Origin: Candidatus Omnitrophica bacterium UBA6253
Lineage (GTDB): Bacteria > Omnitrophota > Gorgyraeia > Gygaellales > Profunditerraquicolaceae
NCBI GenBank assembly: GCA_002441245.1
Contig: DJVP01000004.1
Span: forward strand, 52,072 to 116,071
DNA: 64,000 nucleotides
Reading direction: 5' to 3'
Shown: positions 9,110 through 19,142 of the stretch, one piece after another
Layout: each line of letters opens with the position of its first letter
Numbering within the stretch: the first letter of the stretch is position 1
The notes under the pieces: generated by a model
What the model saw: the letters and a program-made list of their open reading frames with translations, nothing else
What the model was told of the DNA's origin: nothing
Database searches by the model: none
Program-made: the position numbers and the translations under genes

Positions 9110-9193
9110 AACCCCTCCTTGATCTTTTGTCCAGAAAGGTCCTAATGAGCGCAAGCGAATCAGGACTTTTCCCCTATAAAACGTATAATTTAT

Positions 9194-11206
9194 TTATTCG
9201 TTGACCAGCTGCCAAATTTTATCCAGATTATTTCTTGCCTCAATCTCTCCGCGCCGGGCGAATTCATCAGCCCGATGCAGCTCCAGCCAAAACAAGCCTG
9301 TGGTATCCGGATGTAAAACAATATCGGCTAACTCACCTTCACGCCTAGCTACTTCTGACTGCAGGACTTCAACGCTGCTAAAAATAATATCTACGATATT
9401 AAACTTAAAAATATTCTTTAGCCTTCCAAGCCAACCAAGCGGGTTATTTACCCGAGCAGAAGCTGCATGCTCAGGAAGAATACCTTCTTTAAGCTTTACT
9501 AACTGCCTCAAGATATCCTCGCGAGAAGGAGTAACATTTACGGCAATGATCTTCTTTACCCCTATCTGCATTAAAGATTCAGTGGGCAAAGGATTAGTTA
9601 CACCTCCGTCAAAAAGCACCTCCTCCTTAAACTTGAAGGGGGCGAAAACACCCGGCATAGAGCAACTGGCCATTATGGCATCAACCAATAATCCTTTATC
9701 CAAGATCCTCGGTTCTTTCCTGCGCACATCGCTGGCGATTATCTTCAAAGGAAGCTTGACATCATAAAATGTTTTATCCCCCAAATGTTTTTTTAAGAAA
9801 CGGTGCAGCTTATTGCCTTTAATAAAACCAAAACGCGGGAAAGTTATATCAATCAGGCCCCAGATATGCTTAGGCTCCCTGAATTCCCGGGTAATCTCCA
9901 GAATCTCCTGGCTACTCTTGCCGATAGCCCAAAGACTGGCGATAAGCGAGCCGATGCTGGAGCCAGCAATAATATCAATAGGAATTTCTTCTTCTTCAAT
10001 AACCTTTAATACCCCTATATGGCAAAACCCATAGCCTACCCCAACTCCTAAAACTAACCCCACCAGGCAATCGCCAAGCTGCCGGGCGATTCTCCTGATT
10101 GCCTTAGAATATTCACAATCCGGATCATCAATAACCAGGCGTTCTCCGGAATCAAATTTTATTTTAGGGACAGTCGCAAAAATTTCCTGGCCCAAGATAT
10201 CAAGCTGTTCGCCGTAATCAATCTTAGCTAATTTATATTCATTAATAATAGTTTTTATTTTCTGGGGGTCAAAATTGAAATCGGTTTTTAGCCGGTTAAT
10301 AAGATTACTGGTGCGCTTTAAATCAAATGGATCCGGGCTGCTTAATATATGAATAAGGTCTGACTGATTAAGCATGCTGATAATTGAACGATCCATGGCT
10401 GCAGGCAGGTCCAAAAGAATATAATGATAATCATTAACTAACAGGCTTAATAATTCAATCAACCTTTTAAGGCAGGCGTCATTATTTTCCTGATAATAAA
10501 AACAAAACAGGTTTATTCCAAATTTACTCTCCAAAATATAATCTTTTGGCAGCCTATATATCTCCTCGGCAGAAGATAAATTAAATATGCGGGGTTGAGT
10601 TAATTCTAGCTTAGCGGGGAGAGTATGTATTTTATCCTGGGCAAGGATATCCAGAATGATTACCGATTTGTGCGTTTCGCGGCTAAGGCTTAATGCAAGA
10701 TTTAAGGCATAGACGGTCTTACCTGCCTGGGAATAAGAGCTAAACACAGAAACAACCGTACTTTCAAATATTCTTTTCTGATGGATGTCTTTGCGTTTAA
10801 GCCTGCGGCTTAATGTGCGGCTTAAATCAATAGCCAACCGGGGAATACTCTTGAGCACAGAATCAAAATCATCCTTCTTGATTACTAAGATTACACAATC
10901 ATTTATTGCCAGGCTAGTTACCGAATGTGCCTCATTAGTAAGCAAAGAAATAATACCAAAATATTTGCCCCTATGCAGATATTCCAGGATTAGGCGCTGG
11001 CCGCATTTATCATTAGTATAAATCTGCACCCTTCCGGAGATGATGCAATAAAATGCGCTGGGGCCTGATTTTTCTTCATAGATGACCTGCCCTTTGCGAT
11101 ATTCAACAAGTTGGGCCCTTGCCTTTACTATAGCCAGCTCTTCCTTGCTAAGCCCGGCAAAAAATGGCAGCTCTTTAATAATAAACTCTTTGTCTTTGGA
11201 ATTCAT
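9194..11206 (-). CDS. three-domain protein: cNMP-binding-like (CAP_ED) domain, degenerate MinD/ParA-like domain, patatin-like phospholipase
   Basis: N-terminus: KGQVIYEEKSGPSAFYCIISGRVQIY...RTLSRRL (CAP effector fold). Middle: VVSVFSSYSQAGKTVYALNLALSL / YHYILLDLPAAMDRS / IHILSSPDPFDLKRTS aligns to MinD Walker A, Walker B and downstream blocks. C-terminus: GVGVGYG, GSSIGS (GxSxG) and DGG patatin motifs. Confidence 0.75.
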   Translation of the reverse strand: MNSKDKEFIIKELPFFAGLSKEELAIVKARAQLVEYRKGQVIYEEKSGPSAFYCIISGRVQIYTNDKCGQRLILEYLHRGKYFGIISLLTNEAHSVTSLAINDCVILVIKKDDFDSVLKSIPRLAIDLSRTLSRRLKRKDIHQKRIFESTVVSVFSSYSQAGKTVYALNLALSLSRETHKSVIILDILAQDKIHTLPAKLELTQPRIFNLSSAEEIYRLPKDYILESKFGINLFCFYYQENNDACLKRLIELLSLLVNDYHYILLDLPAAMDRSIISMLNQSDLIHILSSPDPFDLKRTSNLINRLKTDFNFDPQKIKTIINEYKLAKIDYGEQLDILGQEIFATVPKIKFDSGERLVIDDPDCEYSKAIRRIARQLGDCLVGLVLGVGVGYGFCHIGVLKVIEEEEIPIDIIAGSSIGSLIASLWAIGKSSQEILEITREFREPKHIWGLIDITFPRFGFIKGNKLHRFLKKHLGDKTFYDVKLPLKIIASDVRRKEPRILDKGLLVDAIMASCSMPGVFAPFKFKEEVLFDGGVTNPLPTESLMQIGVKKIIAVNVTPSREDILRQLVKLKEGILPEHAASARVNNPLGWLGRLKNIFKFNIVDIIFSSVEVLQSEVARREGELADIVLHPDTTGLFWLELHRADEFARRGEIEARNNLDKIWQLVNE

Positions 11207-11207
11207 G

Positions 11208-12425
11208 CTAAATTAAACCGCTTTTAGAAACTTCCGAAAGCTTCCTTGCGCTTGCCCTGATTGTGCGTTTTTGATCCTTATAATCCACGTGGACCAGCCC
11301 AAAACGCGGGCCAAATCCTTTATCCCACTCAAAGTTATCAATCAAAGACCAATAAATATATCCTAAAACATTGACGCCTTCTTCCATGGATTTATGCAAC
11401 TGCTCAAGATGTTCACGGATATAATCCCATTTTAAATCATCGTCTTCAGTACATATTCCGTTTTCAGTAATTAAAATAGGCCGGTGATATTTTTTGAGAG
11501 AAAGGAGGAGCTTGTAAAGGCCTTGCGGATAGATATCCCAGCCTAAAGAATTCTTACGCAAAGGGTGATGATTATATTTACAGGTATCCAGCAATAAATG
11601 TTTTATCCCCCAGCTTTCCACATCTGCAAGGTTTCTGCCATAATAATTTATCCCGATATAATCCAGGGTTTTCTTACGCAAGAGTATTTCGATAAAATAA
11701 AGGTTATATAATTTATTCCGCAGGTACACAGCCAGCCTGTTCTTCAACGTTGGGCGACAAAGTTCAAATGCCTGTAAATTAGCCGCGATACTTACCATAG
11801 GCGCATCTAACCCCTTATCCTTATAAATTCTATGTATAAGCGAATAGGCCTGGATATGCGCCTGAGCTAGGTTGAGGGTAACCTTGGCAGCTTTAAATAA
11901 AGAACGCCCCCTGGGAGGCCAAACACCTAAAAGATAAGAATGCGAAGAGTAGACTAACGGTTCGTTAATAGTTATCCAGAATTTTATTTCACTGGAGAAT
12001 TCTTTAACTATTTTTTCTACAAAACGCAAGAAATACCTTTGAAGCTTAAGTTTAGTCCAACCGCCTTTCTGGCTGAACCATACAGGATTAGTAAAATGAT
12101 GCAGGGTAACTACGGGTTCAATCCCCAGCTTTTTAAGTTCAGCGATAACCTTATGGTAATGTTCAATCTCGGAATCCTGAAATACTCCCTCTTGCGGCTC
12201 AATACGGCTCCATTCTATTGAAAAACGGTGGCAATTATGCCCTAGCTCTTTAGCTATGGCAAAATCTTCCGCATAAAGTTCATAATGCCGGCAGGCTTGG
12301 TTTGAAGCTTCTTTTAAAACACCGCCCTGTTCAGCAAGCCACCAATCATTATGGATATTGCCACCTTCAACCTGGTGCGCTGACGTCGAAGCACCCCAAA
12401 GAAAATTGAGAGGGAATCTATTCAT
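11208..12425 (-). CDS. glycoside hydrolase family 1 beta-glucosidase
   Basis: 405 aa, with N-terminal FLWGASTSAHQVEGG and the ITENG catalytic nucleophile motif of GH1. Confidence 0.9.
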   Translation of the reverse strand: MNRFPLNFLWGASTSAHQVEGGNIHNDWWLAEQGGVLKEASNQACRHYELYAEDFAIAKELGHNCHRFSIEWSRIEPQEGVFQDSEIEHYHKVIAELKKLGIEPVVTLHHFTNPVWFSQKGGWTKLKLQRYFLRFVEKIVKEFSSEIKFWITINEPLVYSSHSYLLGVWPPRGRSLFKAAKVTLNLAQAHIQAYSLIHRIYKDKGLDAPMVSIAANLQAFELCRPTLKNRLAVYLRNKLYNLYFIEILLRKKTLDYIGINYYGRNLADVESWGIKHLLLDTCKYNHHPLRKNSLGWDIYPQGLYKLLLSLKKYHRPILITENGICTEDDDLKWDYIREHLEQLHKSMEEGVNVLGYIYWSLIDNFEWDKGFGPRFGLVHVDYKDQKRTIRASARKLSEVSKSGLI

Positions 12426-12509
12426 ATTGGCTTATATTATAGCACCGTAAAAAAAGAATCCCAACAATTTCTGCTGGGATTCTTTCCTTAGAGTATGACA
12501 ATTTTCTAG

Positions 12510-12947
12510 TTATCTCTTATCTGAATTCAATGCAACGCTTAAATATCTGCCTAACACTTCCCACGTCTTGGCGCCAACTTTTCCATCAACTTTCAGGCCG
12601 TTTGCGCTCTGGAAATCTTCAATTGCTTTCTTGCTCTTTGGCCCGATCTTGCCATCGATATTGCCAGAGTAAAAACCTGCATTCTTTAAAGCAGTCTGAA
12701 TCTCAACATCTGTCGGTTTATAAGGACCTTGGGGAGGTAAAGGCATCAACTCCTTTGCCGGGACAACTGCAGGGGCTGCAACAGCCGGCAAATTAATATC
12801 CTGTGGCGTACTCTGAACCGTACCGCTAGGCGCGCCTAAAGACTCCAAAGTAATCTGCTGCAAGTCTTCCGCTTCCTGTTTCTTAGCACAACCCGATAAA
12901 GTCGCAAACATTAATGCTACTAACATAAAACTCAAAAACCTTTTCAT
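12510..12947 (-). CDS. lipoprotein with peptidoglycan-binding (PG_binding_1) domain
   Basis: Signal peptide plus Cys (LSGC). The C-terminal IQTALKNAGFYSGNIDGKIGPKSKKAIEDFQSANGLKVDGKVG is a PG-binding repeat. Confidence 0.75.
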   Translation of the reverse strand: MKRFLSFMLVALMFATLSGCAKKQEAEDLQQITLESLGAPSGTVQSTPQDINLPAVAAPAVVPAKELMPLPPQGPYKPTDVEIQTALKNAGFYSGNIDGKIGPKSKKAIEDFQSANGLKVDGKVGAKTWEVLGRYLSVALNSDKR

Positions 12948-13096
12948 TCACTCTCTCCTCTCTAGAATTTATTAAATATTATGACGTTTTCTGCCTTTAA
13001 GATACCGGAATTATTTTCACCTCCTTGCTGAACTTAATTTTAGCAAAATATAAAAATAAATCAAGCATCTTATAGACTTTATCCAGCTTAATCCTT

Positions 13097-14290
13097 TTAC
13101 AAATCCTTCAGGCCCGGGAATAATAAACTGATCGACATAAACAATATAAAACATATTAAACCGCATAGAAATAACGCCGCTGAAATTCCTATTGCCTGCG
13201 CCAGGCTTCCGGAAATCAAGCTCCCAAACGGCATGATTCCGGCAAAGGTAATCATAAAAAGGCTCATTACCCTGCCGCGGAATTCATCCGGCACCTTAAC
13301 CTGAAGCAGGGTATTAATTACAGCAGTCGTAGGGATACTTATGCCCCCTAAAGAAATCAAAGAAACAACGGACCATATATAGTTTTTAGATAAAGAGAAA
13401 TTAATCAGCAGGAGCGAGAATAAAAATACCGACCAGATCAAAAATTTACCTTTATATTTAAAATCTCCCAGCCGGGCTAAAATTAAAGAGCCGATTAAAG
13501 CTCCCAGGCCTATGCTTGACATTAATACCCCCAGCCCCCTCACTCCTACATGAAGTACATCGCTGGCAAAAACCGGCATAAGTATGACATAAGAAATACC
13601 AAAAAGGCTCATCACTGCCACCATGCTTACCAAGCCCAGGATGGAACGATGAGACCTGATAAAAACCAGCCCCTCCTTAATATCCTTAAACGCAGAGTTA
13701 TTATTTTGGATTAAGCCTCTACCCTGTTTAATCCAAAAGAGCGCAGCTATAACCGCCAGAAAACTTACCCCATTTAGATAAAAACAACCGCTCATCCCGA
13801 TTACAGATATCAATACTCCTGCAATTGCCGGGCCTATAATCCGTGAGGAATTGAAGGCTACCGAATTTAAAGTAATGGCGTTAAAGAGGTGCTCCTTACC
13901 AACTAATTCTACTATTATTGACTGCCTGGCTGGGGCATCAAATGCCATGATTACCCCATTGAGCAAAGCAATAAACATGATCTGAGCTGGATTAATAAGT
14001 TTAAATTGGGTTAAGGTTGCCAATAAAAAAGCCAGAAACATAAAAACTATTTGAGTGAAAATCAGGATATTCCTTTTATTTACCCTGTCTGCCAAAACCC
14101 CCCCGAATAAAGAGAACAAGAATATCGGGATTGCGCCTAAGAAACCGACCACCCCTAAAAGAAACGCGGAGTTGGTCAACTGAAACACCAGCCAGCTCTG
14201 GGCCACAAATTGCATGCTAGTGCCTATCAAGGATACAAACATACCCATCCAGTAAATACGGAAGTGTTTTACTTTTAGCGAAGAAAACAT
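13097..14290 (-). CDS. MFS transporter
   Basis: 397 aa with about 12 TM segments and an MFS N-terminal helix signature. Confidence 0.7.
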   Translation of the reverse strand: MFSSLKVKHFRIYWMGMFVSLIGTSMQFVAQSWLVFQLTNSAFLLGVVGFLGAIPIFLFSLFGGVLADRVNKRNILIFTQIVFMFLAFLLATLTQFKLINPAQIMFIALLNGVIMAFDAPARQSIIVELVGKEHLFNAITLNSVAFNSSRIIGPAIAGVLISVIGMSGCFYLNGVSFLAVIAALFWIKQGRGLIQNNNSAFKDIKEGLVFIRSHRSILGLVSMVAVMSLFGISYVILMPVFASDVLHVGVRGLGVLMSSIGLGALIGSLILARLGDFKYKGKFLIWSVFLFSLLLINFSLSKNYIWSVVSLISLGGISIPTTAVINTLLQVKVPDEFRGRVMSLFMITFAGIMPFGSLISGSLAQAIGISAALFLCGLICFILFMSISLLFPGLKDL

Positions 14291-14305
14291 ACTCGGACCC
14301 TGCTT

Positions 14306-14764
14306 TTAGGAAGGAGTGCTTAACCTCTGCCTGACCAAATCACTGACCACTTTCCCATCTGAACCTCCGGCGATCTTTACAGTCAGTTCTTTCATCAGGC
14401 GACCCATATCTTTTATGCCGCTTGAGCCAGTTGAAATAATCGCCTCTTCAATTAAAACCTTAATCTGTTCAACTGATAACTCCGGGGGTAAATAAACCTT
14501 GAGTATCTCTAATTCTTTTTTCTCTTTTTCTGCCATCTCAGGCCGGCTACCTTTAGTAAACTGCTCAATAGAATCCTGACGCTGTTTGATCTGTTTTTTT
14601 ATCACAACAACAATCTCCGGGTCATCAAGTTTATTCTTTTTTTTGGCAGTTGCCTGATTAAGCATATCCGCGCGCAGGAAGCTTAAAACCGAACTCTTTA
14701 AAGTATCCCTGGTTTTCATAGCCTCCCTATAATCATTGAAGATCTTTTCTTCTAACATAGCCAT
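14306..14764 (-). CDS. yqeY: GatB/YqeY domain protein
   Basis: 152 aa with YqeY-like layout (KQRQDSIEQFTKGSRPEMAEKEKKELEILKVYLP...DMGRLMKEL). Confidence 0.8.
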   Translation of the reverse strand: MAMLEEKIFNDYREAMKTRDTLKSSVLSFLRADMLNQATAKKKNKLDDPEIVVVIKKQIKQRQDSIEQFTKGSRPEMAEKEKKELEILKVYLPPELSVEQIKVLIEEAIISTGSSGIKDMGRLMKELTVKIAGGSDGKVVSDLVRQRLSTPS

Positions 14765-14800
14765 CCCCCTTTTTCTTTATTACAACACTGGGTCAAAAGA

Positions 14801-15700
14801 TTAAAACAAGAAACCACCCTTGAATTTTTCCAAACGCCTTCTTAAATCCTGCGGCTTAAGCCTGCTGGTCCTGTTTAACCCAAAGTCCTCAATATTAAAA
14901 GATGCGGCTACCGTACCGTAAGCCAGCGCTTTTTTTAAAATCAATGGGCTGATTTTACCTGCCCTGGCCAGATACCCCATGAATCCCCCGGCAAATGTAT
15001 CGCCTGCGCCTGTAGGATCGATTACCTTTTCAACCGGATAGGCAGGAAGGGAAAAAATAAATTTATCGCTATAAAACAAAACCCCGTTTTCGCCTTTTTT
15101 AATCAATACCATCCTGGCACCGTAACCTTTAAGTGCCTTTGCCGCCTTAATTATATTATTTTCTCCGCTCAACGAACGCGCCTCCTGGTCATTGGCCACA
15201 TAGATATCTATATGCTTAAGCAATTTGATTAGCTCTTTACGTTTATTGTCAATCCAATAGTTCATGCTATCTAAACCGACTAATTGCGGACTACGCATCT
15301 TACGTAAAAGATACCCCTGAATATCCGGATCAACATTTGCCAGAAATATATTCTTTATCATGCCCTGCTCTTGAGAAATACGCGGTTTAAATACCGAGAG
15401 CACCCCTAATTCGGTATTCAATGTAAGGGCAGTATTTAAATCCCCCCTGTACTCCCCCTGCCATCTGAATGTTTTTCCTTGATCTACGATAAGAGAGCTT
15501 ATATCCAGCCCTTTACGCTTTAGAAAAGAGACATGCTCCAGCGGAAAATCATTTCCCACTATCGCTACTAAATGAACTTGCGTAAAAAGCCGGGCAGCCA
15601 TGGAAAAATGCGCAGCTGAACCGCCTAAAAGCTCATTACGTTTCCCAAAGGGTGTCCTTACGCTATCCAGAGCCACTGTACCCAGAACAACTATACTCAT
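14801..15700 (-). CDS. PfkB-family carbohydrate/ribokinase-like kinase
   Basis: C-terminal DPTGAGDTFAGGF anion-hole motif. The start is moved to the ATG that overlaps the uppP stop (AAAATGAGT, giving MSIVVLGTVALD...). Confidence 0.8.
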   Translation of the reverse strand: MSIVVLGTVALDSVRTPFGKRNELLGGSAAHFSMAARLFTQVHLVAIVGNDFPLEHVSFLKRKGLDISSLIVDQGKTFRWQGEYRGDLNTALTLNTELGVLSVFKPRISQEQGMIKNIFLANVDPDIQGYLLRKMRSPQLVGLDSMNYWIDNKRKELIKLLKHIDIYVANDQEARSLSGENNIIKAAKALKGYGARMVLIKKGENGVLFYSDKFIFSLPAYPVEKVIDPTGAGDTFAGGFMGYLARAGKISPLILKKALAYGTVAASFNIEDFGLNRTSRLKPQDLRRRLEKFKGGFLF

Positions 15701-16440
15701 TTTATAAATAATAATGTTAATGTTGCCATAAATAAACAATAATATCCGAAATAATAAAACTTGGATTTATTTATAATCGACCTCAAGAACAAAAGTGCAA
15801 ACAACCCGGATAAAAAACTACAGATAAATCCAACAGCTAAGTTTTTAATATCGCCTCTTGGAACTGCCTCCAACTTTCTCGCCTCTAAAACCGCAACGCC
15901 CAATATTACCGGTATAGAAACCAGAAACGAAAAGGCAAAGGCTATTCTTCGCTCAATTTTCCTATAAAATAATGCGGATATAGTTATGCCTGAACGAGAA
16001 ACACCTGGAATGATCGCCAAACCTTGAGCCATCCCTAAAATAAGCGCATCTTTTAACTTAAGCTTATCTCTATCTAACCGCGTAAGTCTCCTGGTAGAAA
16101 TAAGAATTAAACCAGTAAATAACCAGGCTATTCCCACTGCCTTGGCCGAGCTAAACAAACCTTCAAAGAAATCTTTAGCCGATACGCCAATTACCCCTGT
16201 AATTATTACGACTACACAAGCTAAACCAAAAAGCCTTGGGTTTTTTAACAAATTTAAGATATCCTTGCGGAAAAAGATGATTACCGCCAACACTGTTCCC
16301 AGGTGCATGATAACGGATATAGCTACCTGGTTAGCACCAAGCCCCATGATCTTTTGTATAATAACCAAGTGCCCGGAAGAACTTACTGGCAAGAATTCAG
16401 TCAGCCCCTGCACTATGCCTAAAAATATATACTTAATCAT
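15697..16440 (-). CDS. uppP: undecaprenyl-diphosphatase
   Basis: 247 aa, with GIVQGLTEFLPVSSSGHL and multiple TM segments (BacA/UppP family). Confidence 0.9.
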   Translation of the reverse strand: MIKYIFLGIVQGLTEFLPVSSSGHLVIIQKIMGLGANQVAISVIMHLGTVLAVIIFFRKDILNLLKNPRLFGLACVVVIITGVIGVSAKDFFEGLFSSAKAVGIAWLFTGLILISTRRLTRLDRDKLKLKDALILGMAQGLAIIPGVSRSGITISALFYRKIERRIAFAFSFLVSIPVILGVAVLEARKLEAVPRGDIKNLAVGFICSFLSGLFALLFLRSIINKSKFYYFGYYCLFMATLTLLFIK

Positions 16441-17059
16441 GACTGCATAAAAAATCCTTAAGATCCTGCGCTAATTCAATGCTGATATCCAAATCCTTAC
16501 CAGTTACCGGATGCCTAAAATGCAGCTCTTTGGCCTCTAAGCAAACGCGCTTGAACCGCAAAACAAAATCCTTACGAAAAGCAAATTTATCTTCCCCTAC
16601 CAGGGGATGCTGGATGCCTTTAAAATGAATTCGGATCTGGTTAGTCCTGCCAGTTACCGGACAAACCTCCATCACGCTATAATTGCTTTTTTCCTGGACC
16701 AGTTTATATTTAGTAAGGGCGGGCCTGCCTTCAATTTCAAAGGCAATCTTTCCCTCCGGATGTGCTAGTTTACCATGCACAAAGGCAATGTACTTCTTGA
16801 CTACCCGCCTGTCGCGAAAGGCATCCATCATTTTCTTCTCTATGCTTTTGCCTTTGGCGTAAATTATAAGCCCGCTTGTCTCCCGGTCCAGACGATGACA
16901 AGGATACAGATTATATTTTATCCCTCTTTCTGCTGCATCCTGATTTAAAATACTTGTCAAAGTACGCAATTCTTTCTTGGGGGTCGGGACACTTAATAAA
17001 CCAGCAGGTTTATTAACGATTAGCAGCCAATCATCTTCATAGACGATCGGAATATTCAT
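16433..17059 (-). CDS. RluA-family pseudouridine synthase
   Basis: 208 aa. HRLDRETSGLIIYAK contains the catalytic Asp motif of the RluA/TruC family. Confidence 0.85.
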   Translation of the reverse strand: MNIPIVYEDDWLLIVNKPAGLLSVPTPKKELRTLTSILNQDAAERGIKYNLYPCHRLDRETSGLIIYAKGKSIEKKMMDAFRDRRVVKKYIAFVHGKLAHPEGKIAFEIEGRPALTKYKLVQEKSNYSVMEVCPVTGRTNQIRIHFKGIQHPLVGEDKFAFRKDFVLRFKRVCLEAKELHFRHPVTGKDLDISIELAQDLKDFLCSHD

Positions 17060-17977
17060 CTAAACAATAGCCAGCATACGTTCTATAGCCAGGCGCGCTT
17101 TTTTCCTTATAGCATCAGAAACTTTGACCTCATCCTTAAGTTCTTCTAGAGCCCAGAGAACTTTTTCCTGAGTGGTGCGCTTCATATTAGGGCATACCGC
17201 ACGTTCACTGGCAGGATAGAACTCTTTATCCGGGTTATCCTGTTTTAACCGATAAACCAGGCCAGACTCCGTACCCACGATAAATTCTTTGGCCGGGCTC
17301 TCCTTAGCGTATTTACCCATCTGGCTGGTAGAAAGCACAACATCCGCCAAAGCAACTACGCTAGATAAACATTCCGGGTGCACCATAACCTTAGCCTTAG
17401 GATGAAATCTTTTCTCTTTTTTCAAATCCTCCGGGAGTATTTTTACATGCGTGGGGCAAAAACCATGCCAAGCTATAAGCTTCCTTCCGCTTTTCTTAGA
17501 TACATAATCAGCCAGGTATTTATCCGGGACAAATATAATTTCTTTTTTATCCTTAAGCGCATTGACTACGGCTATGGCGTTAGTTGAAGTACAGCAATAA
17601 TCCAATTCTGCCTTGACTTCGGCTGAAGTATTTACATAGCCCACAGCTACTGCCTGAGGGTGAATTTGTTTAAGTTTCCTTAAATCGCCGGAATTCATCA
17701 TATTGGCCATAGGGCAGCCAGCCGAAATATCCGGCATAATTACCTTCTTATCAGGAGAAAGAATCGAAGCGGTCTCAGCCATAAAATATACTCCGCAAAA
17801 CACAATTACCTCGGCATCGGTTTTGGCGGCAATACGCGAAAGCTCCAGGGAATCTCCACGAAAATCCGCGATATCCTGCACTTCAGGAAGTTGATAGTTA
17901 TGTGCTAAAATTATGGCATTGCGTTTCTTTTTTAACTCCTTGATTTTTCTAGCCAGCTCTTTATCTTCTTTGATCAT
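17060..17977 (-). CDS. nadA: quinolinate synthase
   Basis: 305 aa, with ILAHNYQ, a conserved cysteine pattern, and NadA type layout. Confidence 0.9.
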   Translation of the reverse strand: MIKEDKELARKIKELKKKRNAIILAHNYQLPEVQDIADFRGDSLELSRIAAKTDAEVIVFCGVYFMAETASILSPDKKVIMPDISAGCPMANMMNSGDLRKLKQIHPQAVAVGYVNTSAEVKAELDYCCTSTNAIAVVNALKDKKEIIFVPDKYLADYVSKKSGRKLIAWHGFCPTHVKILPEDLKKEKRFHPKAKVMVHPECLSSVVALADVVLSTSQMGKYAKESPAKEFIVGTESGLVYRLKQDNPDKEFYPASERAVCPNMKRTTQEKVLWALEELKDEVKVSDAIRKKARLAIERMLAIV

Positions 17978-17978
17978 C

Positions 17979-19046
17979 CTAATCTAACACTTTCTCGATT
18001 ATGCCCCCGCCTAAAACAGTATCTTTTTGATAAAAGACTGCGGATTGACCGGGGGTTATAGCAAACTGCGGCTGCCTAAAACAAATTCTTAAACCGTCAT
18101 TAACCGGACAGGCTACTGCAGGCGATTCTTTATGATTATAGCGTATCTTCACATTAATCTCAACCTTCTTTTTAAAAGGCTTACTTAAAAAATTGACCTC
18201 TTTGACCAGAAATTCACTTTTACATGCATCATCACGGTTGCCCACGGTAATTTGATTATTTTTCGCATTAATCTTTGTTACATACACAGGATAACCCTTG
18301 GCAATACCTAATCCCTGACGCTGGCCTATAGTGTAAAATGGGATACCTTTATGTTTGCCAATGATATTGCCATTTTGATCAATCAGGTATCCCGGTTTAA
18401 CGCAGGTTAAACCTTTGGCTCTAATCAAATCGCCATATTCCCCATCGGGTAAAAAGCAAATCTCCTGGCTATCCTGTTTTTCTGCAACATTAAGCTTAAA
18501 ATCACAAGCCATGCTCCTTACCTGAAGTTTGGTATAATTGCCTAAGGGAAAAATAATTTTCCCGAGTTGCTGCCGGTTTAAACGATACAAAAAATAGGAT
18601 TGATCTTTTCTAAGGTCTTTGGCTTTCTTAAGTAAATATCCTTGCCTTGATTTAACAATCTTAGCGTAATGTCCGGTAGCTAAGAATTTAGCCCCTAAGA
18701 TAACTGCTTTTTTGAATAAAATACCGAATTTTATAAACTGATTGCACCTTACGCAAGGATTGGGAGTCCTGCCAGAAATATATTCCCGGCAGAAATTTTG
18801 GATTACTTTACGAGAGAAATCTTTATTTAAATTTACGACATAATGCCTAACCCCTAACTTCTGCGCTACCCGCTGGGCATCTTCAATCCCGGTTAATCCG
18901 CAACAGCTGGGCTTTTTGCCATTGCTTTCTGCCAGATTAAAACACATAGTCAGGCCGATTACCTCATAGCCCTGCTCTTTTAAAAGAGCAGCAGCTACCG
19001 AAGAATCAACCCCGCCACTCATTGCCACAAATACTCGTTTATTCAT
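17979..19046 (-). CDS. mnmA: tRNA-specific 2-thiouridylase
   Basis: 355 aa, with the PP-loop SGGVDSSVAA, NPCVRCN catalytic Cys region and MnmA C-terminal domain. Confidence 0.9.
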   Translation of the reverse strand: MNKRVFVAMSGGVDSSVAAALLKEQGYEVIGLTMCFNLAESNGKKPSCCGLTGIEDAQRVAQKLGVRHYVVNLNKDFSRKVIQNFCREYISGRTPNPCVRCNQFIKFGILFKKAVILGAKFLATGHYAKIVKSRQGYLLKKAKDLRKDQSYFLYRLNRQQLGKIIFPLGNYTKLQVRSMACDFKLNVAEKQDSQEICFLPDGEYGDLIRAKGLTCVKPGYLIDQNGNIIGKHKGIPFYTIGQRQGLGIAKGYPVYVTKINAKNNQITVGNRDDACKSEFLVKEVNFLSKPFKKKVEINVKIRYNHKESPAVACPVNDGLRICFRQPQFAITPGQSAVFYQKDTVLGGGIIEKVLD

Positions 19047-19095
19047 ATAGCCTACCTGGTTTTATTTTGTACTACTATGGCTTTAAATTTTAACA

Positions 19096-19131
19096 AAAAA
19101 GGCCCAGCATTTTGTGCCGGGCCTTTTTCCA
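19096..19131 (-). terminator. rho-independent terminator after cspA-2
   Basis: GC-rich hairpin GGCCCGGCAC-aaaa-TGCTGGGCC followed by a T-run on the minus strand. Confidence 0.7.
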
Positions 19132-19142
19132 TTCCTGATAGG

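Noticed and set aside
8108-9154. Prophage remnant or toxin-antitoxin pair
   Set aside because: Small phage-flavoured genes are present, but there is no integrase, no att-like repeat at the adjacent tRNAs, and no recognisable toxin fold.
9201-9767. Plus-strand ORFs in the track embedded antisense inside long minus-strand genes (e.g. 9201-9767, 12530-12796, 37936-38376, 48870-49718, 51121-51597, 46834-47529)
   Set aside because: All overlap well-supported minus-strand genes over their full length. Translations are Ser/Arg/Leu-rich or low-complexity with no motif. This is typical antisense artefact in AT-rich DNA.
9194-11206. CAP_ED-patatin protein as a Pycsar/CBASS-like antiphage effector
   Set aside because: There is no nucleotide cyclase, CD-NTase or other defence gene adjacent. 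Neighbours are a beta-glucosidase and a lipoprotein. Housekeeping NTE-like lipase is the more conservative reading.
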